The notes under the pieces were generated by a model. The model searched no databases. It had not been told where the DNA came from and saw only the letters and a program-made list of their open reading frames with translations. This document shows positions 10,310 through 17,795 of a DNA stretch of 64,000 nt, in pieces. The DNA comes from a virus, in IMG/VR virus record IMGVR_UViG_3300046001_006396, positions 17,928 to 81,927 of that record; one strand, given 5' to 3'. Positions within the stretch are counted from its first letter, which is position 1, and every line of letters starts with the position of its first letter. A program made the position numbers and the translations under genes.

Positions 10310-10908
10310 AGACCAGTGCTTCCAAAACCTTTATCGTTACGGTCCTTTTCTGCAATTTCATTTACCTTAACTAAATTTACCCACTTACCATTAACAACAG
10401 GACAAAGTACTGCTTGTGCAATCTTTTGACCTTTTTCTATTTTAATCCTTTCGTTTGTAGTATTAAAAATAATAACTTTCACTTCCCCTTGATATCCGCT
10501 ATCCACAGTTCCAGGCGAGTTTAAAACCATTAATCCTTGATTTAGTGCTAATCCACTTTTAGACCTAACTTGTATCTCATATCCATCAGGGATATCAAAT
10601 CGTAACCCTGTAGGGATTAATTTTCTACTATTTGCTTGAACCCACAACTCCTCACTTGATCTTAAATCAAATCCAGAATCAGATTCATATGCATATTCAG
10701 GATTTATACTTTCTGACTCGTTAGTAAAATTTAAGGTTACCTTTTTTGCTTTCATAGCGTCCCCAAACATTTGTTCAAGTTGTTCTTCATTTACACCCAT
10801 TGATTCCATCATTGATTTTGGGTCCGACATATCAAAGTCATTCATTTTAGACTGAAGGTCTTTAATCATCTCCAATCCCTTTTTCATCTCTTTTATTTCT
10901 TTAAACAT
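10306..10908 (-). CDS. dut: dUTP diphosphatase (trimeric) with N-terminal extension
   Basis: SGFDLRS, IPTGL, QVRSKSGLA, GTVDSGYQGE, RNDKGFGSTG: all five dUTPase motifs. Confidence 0.95.
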   Translation of the reverse strand: MFKEIKEMKKGLEMIKDLQSKMNDFDMSDPKSMMESMGVNEEQLEQMFGDAMKAKKVTLNFTNESESINPEYAYESDSGFDLRSSEELWVQANSRKLIPTGLRFDIPDGYEIQVRSKSGLALNQGLMVLNSPGTVDSGYQGEVKVIIFNTTNERIKIEKGQKIAQAVLCPVVNGKWVNLVKVNEIAEKDRNDKGFGSTGL

Positions 10909-11639
10909 TATTTCAATTCTTTTAATTTTTTTATAAATTCAACCAATACGTCAACATCTTTTTCACAATACTCAGCAATTTGAGGTAATTTTTGTTCTAC
11001 CCAATATGTATGATGTACCTTATCGCCTGTCACTTCACCATCTTTTGGTGTTGGTATTCCCATTGTTGAACAAACAAGGTCCAACGAACCAATAGATGTG
11101 TAAGCACCATATTGCCAAACTTCTTTTGTGTCAATCGCCTTTACCTCCCAAGGTTTTGTATCGTAAGATGGTAATAACTTAGACGGTAAAATTCCGTTTA
11201 TTATCATTCTTTTTGACATCATAGGAATATCAAAGTTTTTAAGATTATGACCACAAAGATAAAAATCCAACTTATGACATCTATCAAGAAGGTTTCTTAC
11301 TTGTAATAACAACTCTTTTTCATCATCACCTGAGAACGTTTGTTTTTTAACTTCACCAGTTTCCATAACAAACGCCATAGAGACACAAATAATTTTTGCA
11401 AACTCAGGAACAAGTGCGGTTCTTTTTTTAAAGACCTCACCCATTCTTATTTCATAATCTTTTTTAGTTTTAGGTGACTCAATTTGGTCTTCAGGAAATC
11501 TTTTTTTAAACCAATCGTAATATTTCTTAAATTGTTCTGCAATTTCAGGACTAAATCTTTCACAAGATTCTAAGTCAGGACATCCACCAACAGTTTCAAT
11601 GTCCAAGAATAAAATTTTTGTAATAGGTATGTTTATCAT
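10908..11639 (-). CDS. Stand-alone DnaQ-like 3'-5' exonuclease (PolB-exonuclease-like)
   Basis: FLDIET (ExoI), GHNLKNFDIP (ExoII), YCEKDV (ExoIII). Confidence 0.85.
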   Translation of the reverse strand: MINIPITKILFLDIETVGGCPDLESCERFSPEIAEQFKKYYDWFKKRFPEDQIESPKTKKDYEIRMGEVFKKRTALVPEFAKIICVSMAFVMETGEVKKQTFSGDDEKELLLQVRNLLDRCHKLDFYLCGHNLKNFDIPMMSKRMIINGILPSKLLPSYDTKPWEVKAIDTKEVWQYGAYTSIGSLDLVCSTMGIPTPKDGEVTGDKVHHTYWVEQKLPQIAEYCEKDVDVLVEFIKKLKELK

Positions 11640-12850
11640 TTTACTAAGTTTTTATAAATTTCTGCTCTATCTTTTGTCACTTTATTTAAGTCGTATGTGT
11701 CTTTAACCGTCTCATAAAGTCTCTGACCTAAGTCATATGCAAAATTAGGGTTGTCAATTAATTTTTTCATATATTTAGACCAATCACTATGATTTCTTGC
11801 TTCGTCAACTAAAAGAGCATTTCCATCAACAAAGTTACCATCTTTTAATGAGTGTTTCAAGTCAATTGTGTAGGGACCAATGTTTGATGCGATAATTGCC
11901 TTTTTATAAAATCCAGCCTCAATTACTTTTAATTGTGATTTAACTCTATTAAATATGTGATTTTTAATTGGGGCTAATGATACATCAAACCATCTATAGT
12001 TAGACGCATAAGTTGTGACAGGTTTAGTCCAAACACGATTATAAAAAGGTAGTATATCTGAAACGTATTCCTCCTCTTTAAATTTCAATAAAAACTCTTT
12101 GTGTTTTGGGTCAACCATTGAATATTTGTCTGTAAATATTTCTTCATACCTTGCCCATACGGTTTCTTCAGGTCTAATGTCCCTTTGTTTTTGTTCTCCC
12201 GTTTGTTGGTTGATTTCAGTAACGGTACCTCTTGTATCAAATCCACAAAGATACATACTAAATTTATCTTTTAGTGGTTTTAATTTATTAATTGTACCAT
12301 CCAACAATTTTAAATCATGCAAGTGGGATGACCCACCTAACCACCCAAACCTTAATTTGTCTGAAGGTAATGTTTCTGATTTAAATTGTGGCTCATTTGG
12401 GTTAATTGCGTTTGGTAGAATAAAAACGTTCTTATTAAACTTTGATATTTCTGACGCAAAAACACTTGTTGTTGTTGTAACATATCCCGCAACTTTTAAA
12501 TTTTCAATAATTTTTTTATGTAAATTATTTTGAATAACTAATTGATGTACAGGGTGTTCTTTTGTTGGTAGCCAATAATCATCTAAATCCATAATTGTAA
12601 TTAACCCTAAACCGTTTAGTCTTTGAATTAAATTCACAGAATTATCATATTCGTGACCAATAGTTCTATGAAAGTGTACGATGTCATATTGTTTCCAATA
12701 ATTTAAATCATTTACTCTTGGTTCGTAATCAATATCTACGTGGAACTCATCAGGATGATTATTTTGTAATGCCACGTGAGGGTCAATACTTCTAAATTTA
12801 CCAACACCTGTCTTATCTGAAGGTAATACTAATACTCTTATTTTACTCAT
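11636..12850 (-). CDS. GT-B fold glycosyltransferase (GT4-like)
   Basis: MDLDDYW, LPNAI, FGWLGGSSHLHDL, DVSLAPIKNHIFNRVKSQLKVIEAG, IASNIGPY. Confidence 0.8.
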   Translation of the reverse strand: MSKIRVLVLPSDKTGVGKFRSIDPHVALQNNHPDEFHVDIDYEPRVNDLNYWKQYDIVHFHRTIGHEYDNSVNLIQRLNGLGLITIMDLDDYWLPTKEHPVHQLVIQNNLHKKIIENLKVAGYVTTTTSVFASEISKFNKNVFILPNAINPNEPQFKSETLPSDKLRFGWLGGSSHLHDLKLLDGTINKLKPLKDKFSMYLCGFDTRGTVTEINQQTGEQKQRDIRPEETVWARYEEIFTDKYSMVDPKHKEFLLKFKEEEYVSDILPFYNRVWTKPVTTYASNYRWFDVSLAPIKNHIFNRVKSQLKVIEAGFYKKAIIASNIGPYTIDLKHSLKDGNFVDGNALLVDEARNHSDWSKYMKKLIDNPNFAYDLGQRLYETVKDTYDLNKVTKDRAEIYKNLVK

Positions 12851-12885
12851 ATAAAAAATTATTTAAGTAAAAGATAAGTTAAATA

Positions 12886-12915
12886 AAATAAAAAATCCAC
12901 CCTTTTGAGGTGGAT
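12886..12915 (-). terminator. Rho-independent terminator
   Basis: On the minus strand, ATCCACC-loop-GGTGGAT followed by a T-rich tract, just downstream of the 12937-13560 gene. Confidence 0.7.
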
Positions 12916-12936
12916 ACTTTATGTAATATAGATATA

Positions 12937-13560
12937 TTATTTTTCTAATTTTTTAACTTTATTTACTTTACCAATAAATAAATGTTGCCCCACTTTAAAT
13001 TGTATTGTTTCGTTTGAGTTAGTCGTTGACTCAACTAACATCCCCGCTTGTTTTAATTCTTCTCTTACTACGTCTCTAACAGTATCTCTTACTACGTCTC
13101 TAATCATTGACTTCATTTCTGACATATTAATGTTATTACTTGCTCTTTGTTCTGATTCAGAAACCATTTGTTTTTTAGGTTGCTCGTTTGTTTTTGGTGT
13201 GCCTATATTCATTAATCTTTGAGCTCCTTGAATAACTTCTTCAGAAATTGTTGTGGACCCCATCATTGAACTTGGTTGGACGATTGGTTGCTCAATCATT
13301 AGTCTTTTAATTTCATCTGGTAATTTTGAATTGGCAATGCGACTTTCATCTAATGGTTTTGATGGGTCGTGTTGTGGTGGTGTGTATGTTTGTTCTTGAA
13401 TAAATTCTTGTGGTAAATTATAAGTCGCCTGTGGAACATTAAAGTCTTCTACCATTGGCATATTTATATTTCTAACAGAACCAGGTTTAATTGATTCTGT
13501 TTTTTCCATTATTTTTTTTGAGACTGCTAATCTCTGCATTAAATCTTCTGCTGCTCCCAT
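12937..13560 (-). CDS. Hypothetical phage protein
   Basis: 207-aa ORF abutting the upstream gene; repeated IRDVVRDTVRDVVREEL helix. Confidence 0.6.
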   Translation of the reverse strand: MGAAEDLMQRLAVSKKIMEKTESIKPGSVRNINMPMVEDFNVPQATYNLPQEFIQEQTYTPPQHDPSKPLDESRIANSKLPDEIKRLMIEQPIVQPSSMMGSTTISEEVIQGAQRLMNIGTPKTNEQPKKQMVSESEQRASNNINMSEMKSMIRDVVRDTVRDVVREELKQAGMLVESTTNSNETIQFKVGQHLFIGKVNKVKKLEK

Positions 13561-13561
13561 A

Positions 13562-13963
13562 TTATGCTATATTATCTTGGTTATCAAATTTGGCGTTTAC
13601 AATAACTCTAGTCATAGATTTATCCCCATTTTTATTGTAATTTGGCCTTTCTACATAAAAATTATCTCTAGTTGGTTTATAAGTAAAGATTTTATCTAAT
13701 CTAAAAAATCTCCACCCTGGTAAATAATTACCCTCATTTCTATCTGAAAACGACGAACCTTCAGTTTCCCAAGCTCTTAAAACTAAATTACCCTTTTTAC
13801 TAACACCTAAACAAACAGGTTCAATGGTTCTATACCCTTTACCCCCATTATCTTTTCCGTCATAATAAATTATAACCAATTTTTTTTGCTTGATGCTATT
13901 TTGAACACTATCAATTGATGCTGCTTCGGTAATTAAATTAGAAAGACTATTAATTAGTTTCAT
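13562..13963 (-). CDS. Stand-alone WYL-domain protein
   Basis: IYYDG...RTIEPVCLG...LRAW...GWRFFRLDKI is the WYL pattern; no HTH domain. Confidence 0.8.
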   Translation of the reverse strand: MKLINSLSNLITEAASIDSVQNSIKQKKLVIIYYDGKDNGGKGYRTIEPVCLGVSKKGNLVLRAWETEGSSFSDRNEGNYLPGWRFFRLDKIFTYKPTRDNFYVERPNYNKNGDKSMTRVIVNAKFDNQDNIA

Positions 13964-14253
13964 TTAACTGAGTAGTAAGGGTTATTTGTTGAGTATTTAT
14001 TAATTTTTAAATCTTCTTTTCTATCCATTCTGTCAGAACTTGTTCCTGCATTTTGATTATATATATCTAAATCTCCACCAGTTCCTCTACCAATTTTATC
14101 CCCATCGGCAAGTGCGTCAGGATGGACTGAAGAATATTGGTCAGAAGGGTTAAAATCATTTCTAGGAAATAATCTTTTTCTTTGTTCTTCGGCGATTCTT
14201 GATAATTCATTATTAGGTTGTGAAAAATCAAGTTTATCTGATTGTATTGCCAT
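13960..14253 (-). CDS. Hypothetical phage protein
   Basis: 97-aa ORF translationally coupled to its neighbours; YSSVHPDALADGDKIGRGTG. Confidence 0.6.
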   Translation of the reverse strand: MAIQSDKLDFSQPNNELSRIAEEQRKRLFPRNDFNPSDQYSSVHPDALADGDKIGRGTGGDLDIYNQNAGTSSDRMDRKEDLKINKYSTNNPYYSVK

Positions 14254-14705
14254 TATCCTATATTTTTAATTAGTTTATTTATTCTTACTATACTTTCTTT
14301 TATTTTTAAATCGTCAGTAGTTGTTGTGTGTTTATCATTTAAATTAAAACTATTTTTTTGATGACCGTCTAAATATTGGTTTTGCATTCCAGAATCCGAT
14401 TTTATTTTTTTACTTGACCCGTCATCATCTCTCCAAACCCTTAATACTTCATCACACCATGTTTTCATTCTTTCAGAACCATTTAATACGAAAGGGGCGT
14501 CTTCCTTATTTCCACTATACCCATCAAACCAATTTTTTATTCTTTTGATTTGTTGGTATGTTGCAACACCACTATTAACCAATTCTTGATTTCTATTATA
14601 TCCTTCCGTGTTTGAATTTCCGTTAACAGAATTAAAACAATCCTTTAAATGTTTAATTAAAGAATCGGGTAGTTTAGCCTTTCTATCGTATAAGTTACTG
14701 TTCAT
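14253..14705 (-). CDS. Hypothetical phage protein
   Basis: 150-aa ORF in the operon, overlapping stop/start. Confidence 0.6.
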   Translation of the reverse strand: MNSNLYDRKAKLPDSLIKHLKDCFNSVNGNSNTEGYNRNQELVNSGVATYQQIKRIKNWFDGYSGNKEDAPFVLNGSERMKTWCDEVLRVWRDDDGSSKKIKSDSGMQNQYLDGHQKNSFNLNDKHTTTTDDLKIKESIVRINKLIKNIG

Positions 14706-15417
14706 CTTTAATTAATCTTATTAATTTTTCAATATTAATACCATTTTTTAATGCCATATTTTTTAAAGAACGAATATTCTTTTTAAGTAGGTTATTAGTT
14801 TTTATTTCTTTTTCTTTGTCAATAATAATATCCTCCTCAACCTCATCAGATTCTTTTTCTTTTATTATTTCTCTATCTATAAATCCTTTCTTTTTTCTAA
14901 TATGTAAAGGTGCCCTTTTAGTTCTTTTTCCTGACGGGTCTTTACCAAATTGCATTGTTCTTTCTTTTGCCTCATCTTCATCGTCTAACTTTTTTTCAAA
15001 ATATTTTAAAGTTTCTTCAGCATCTAAATTTTTTGTTTTTTCATAACCAAATGCCTTAGACATATCAATCTCTTTAACATGACTTTCACCGAAGTACCGA
15101 CCTCTTAAAAATATATCTCTTGCGTTTCTTGTTGCTGGAACAATTTTATCTGTTGTTGTTGATCCTTGTATTGTTGATGCCGGATCAAGTATTGGCATGC
15201 TTGAACTTAACCAAGTACCATCAGCATCAACCAATTCGGTTACCTCTTCTTCTGACCCCGATTTTTTAGATTCCAACTTTGACTTAAAAATTTTATGAGA
15301 TTTACAAGGCATATATATTTTTTTATCACCATCTTCGTGAGTATGATATCCAGTACACCCTATAGTCCTTGAAACTCTTTGGGCCCTTTCTTTTGTTGAA
15401 TATTTATATGATTTCAT
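14695..15417 (-). CDS. Hypothetical protein with N-terminal Cys/His motif
   Basis: GCTGYHTH...YMPCKSH; preceded by a TATTTATA motif on its own strand. Confidence 0.6.
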   Translation of the reverse strand: MKSYKYSTKERAQRVSRTIGCTGYHTHEDGDKKIYMPCKSHKIFKSKLESKKSGSEEEVTELVDADGTWLSSSMPILDPASTIQGSTTTDKIVPATRNARDIFLRGRYFGESHVKEIDMSKAFGYEKTKNLDAEETLKYFEKKLDDEDEAKERTMQFGKDPSGKRTKRAPLHIRKKKGFIDREIIKEKESDEVEEDIIIDKEKEIKTNNLLKKNIRSLKNMALKNGINIEKLIRLIKDEQ

Positions 15418-15430
15418 ATATGCTTTTACC

Positions 15431-15457
15431 TATAAATACTACGATTAAAGTATTTAT
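15431..15457. promoter_or_regulatory. Back-to-back TATTTAT motifs (putative divergent late promoters)
   Basis: tataaata at 15431-15438 (TATTTATA on the minus strand) and tatttat at 15451-15457, in the 52-bp gap between divergent genes. Confidence 0.55.
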
Positions 15458-15469
15458 CTTAAAAAAAGG

Positions 15470-17344
15470 ATGCCGACCCAAAACATTAATAATTACTTTA
15501 AGACTAAATATCATTCAAAATTAGATAATAATCATTATTTTGATTTGACTTTAGCTTCGGACGAAAGAGACTACGATGAAGAAGTGGTCTTCTCTACCGA
15601 CATTATTGCATATAATGACGGAGACAGGCTACCAATATTAATTGATTTAAGTGATAGTAATACATCAATACAACCACTAATATCGTATGGTCAATATATT
15701 TCTGGAAACACTTTAGTTTCAAAAAATTATTATAACCCAAACAATTTAGATTTAACTTGTTTGTCGGCATTTACAGAAACTTGTGATATTGGTTTGGTTG
15801 GTACCGATAATGGTTTGTTCAGGACTATGTCAGGACAAACGTTATACTACACAATGGGTATTAGAAATGACTATAAATTTAATCCACATTATAGAGATAG
15901 AAGATTTAAAATGCATCCTGTAACAGGATACACCCAATCACCAAATGTTGTTTTTTCAGGTAGACCAAAAAACGTTTTATATAATATTGTTTCAGGAACT
16001 TCTGCGAACGTGACTTACTATCAGGAATTATACGGAGGGTTTTATCAAGGGTTTTATAAATTAAATGGGTATGATTACGAAGTTTTCCCTGAAAGGGTTA
16101 ACAAAGGATGGTCTGTTGAAATGATGCTTAGGCCAAGACGTGTTGATTTATATAGTTATAACCCACTAAGTCAACAATATTTAAATGATATCTACCCTGA
16201 AAATGAGGGAACATTTTTTTATTTTGGTACAAGATCGGAAAACAAATATTTTCATTATCCCGACGGAACAAATGACGGAGATAGTGGATACACAAGAGTA
16301 ACTTCAGGATTTACTTGTTTTGAAAGTTGTAAATGTTCAAATAGTGCGGTAACAAATGCTGACTGTGTTAGTGTTTATCCTGTTTCAGGAACAACTACAG
16401 AACATAATATTGGGTGTAATTGTGGTTGTGCGTCAACATACCAAGTTTCATTACCTGAAACTGATCCTAAATTTGACGTACTATCAAACGCTCTATCATT
16501 TAGATTTGATGGGTGTTCGGTTAATCCTAGTATCGCCGTTAAATATATAAAAATAACAGGAGATTGTGTAACAACAGGAACGTGTAGTACGACAGGAGTC
16601 ACATTCCAAACAGGATATACAATAAATGAAATTATCTCGCCACCAATATATAATATTTGTTCATATAACTGTAACGACGTTGTTGATGATAGATGGGTTA
16701 TGATAAGTGCGGTTTTTGAAAGATATGAATACTTAGAAGATTGTGATTTATTAAATAAAGGTGGAGTTAACGATTTATTGACTGTTACATACCAATCTTC
16801 AATTGATAAACAAAGTTATAAATTAATTTCACCTCCTGAAACACATTCAGGATCAACAATGGAACCAAAAATTTATAAAATAGATTTTAATAGAAAATGG
16901 TTTGATGAAATCAAATATAGGTTAGGAAAATTAAAAATTTATGTTAATGGATATCTATTAATGATTATTGAGGATTTTGAGGAAATAATACCTAGACAAT
17001 TAAATACGGAAAAAGAAAAACAAGTTGGTGTTCCTTTTAATATATCATTTGGGGGCGGGACTCAAGGTCTGCATGACCATCTAATATTTTCAGGTTGTTC
17101 ATTACCTAACGGACCATATGTACAGGACCCTGAATTATTTCCTACTGATATTTTATCTGCTACAACTTTAAGTGGTTTGAGTAGTGATATATTAATAGAA
17201 CAAAACTTTGGGGGGTCTTTTATGGGGGCAATTTCACAATTTAGAATGTATGTTGAACCTTTAAGTTCCCCACAAGTACAACATAATTTTAGAATATTAA
17301 AAGACAAATATAATCTATTAGATTATTGGTGTCCTGATTGTTAA
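15470..17344 (+). CDS. Putative virion structural protein (LamG/concanavalin-like beta-sandwich elements, Cys-rich)
   Basis: GWSVEMML, RWVMISAVF, KLKIYVNG and SFMGAISQFRMYVEPLS resemble LamG strands; rich in Ser/Thr/Gly and Cys. Confidence 0.55.
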   Translation: MPTQNINNYFKTKYHSKLDNNHYFDLTLASDERDYDEEVVFSTDIIAYNDGDRLPILIDLSDSNTSIQPLISYGQYISGNTLVSKNYYNPNNLDLTCLSAFTETCDIGLVGTDNGLFRTMSGQTLYYTMGIRNDYKFNPHYRDRRFKMHPVTGYTQSPNVVFSGRPKNVLYNIVSGTSANVTYYQELYGGFYQGFYKLNGYDYEVFPERVNKGWSVEMMLRPRRVDLYSYNPLSQQYLNDIYPENEGTFFYFGTRSENKYFHYPDGTNDGDSGYTRVTSGFTCFESCKCSNSAVTNADCVSVYPVSGTTTEHNIGCNCGCASTYQVSLPETDPKFDVLSNALSFRFDGCSVNPSIAVKYIKITGDCVTTGTCSTTGVTFQTGYTINEIISPPIYNICSYNCNDVVDDRWVMISAVFERYEYLEDCDLLNKGGVNDLLTVTYQSSIDKQSYKLISPPETHSGSTMEPKIYKIDFNRKWFDEIKYRLGKLKIYVNGYLLMIIEDFEEIIPRQLNTEKEKQVGVPFNISFGGGTQGLHDHLIFSGCSLPNGPYVQDPELFPTDILSATTLSGLSSDILIEQNFGGSFMGAISQFRMYVEPLSSPQVQHNFRILKDKYNLLDYWCPDC

Positions 17345-17354
17345 TACATTTAAT

Positions 17355-17708
17355 ATGGAATTTTTTATACAACAAAACTCAAGTTTACCAATCCTTAAAA
17401 TGGATGTGGTTAAAGACGGAAGAACAGATTCTACAATTAACCTATATGAAATATTGGATAATAGTAACATTAGATTTTCTATGAAAAATATTGATAATGG
17501 TACTCAAAAAATATTTATGCAACCAGCTTATCTAACGGAAAAAACTGGAATAAGTGATTACTCACCAAAAGAATATTACATTTATTATAAATGGGCACCA
17601 AAAGACACGAATAAAAAAGGGAGGTATGTAGGTGAATTTTTACTTGTATTGGAAAATGGAGAACTAATAACCCCAATACGAGAAAATTTATACATCAATA
17701 TTATTTGA
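17355..17708 (+). CDS. BppU-like virion/baseplate adaptor protein
   Basis: FFIQQNSSLPILKM...YKWAPKDTNKKGRYVGEF...PIRENLYINI resembles BppU N-terminal domains. Confidence 0.5.
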   Translation: MEFFIQQNSSLPILKMDVVKDGRTDSTINLYEILDNSNIRFSMKNIDNGTQKIFMQPAYLTEKTGISDYSPKEYYIYYKWAPKDTNKKGRYVGEFLLVLENGELITPIRENLYINII

Positions 17709-17795
17709 CATTTTAGGGTTTAAATCGTATTTATTAGGTAAGGGAAATCACATCTTAGTTGTGAGTATAATAACCCAAACTTAAAAAATATAATT

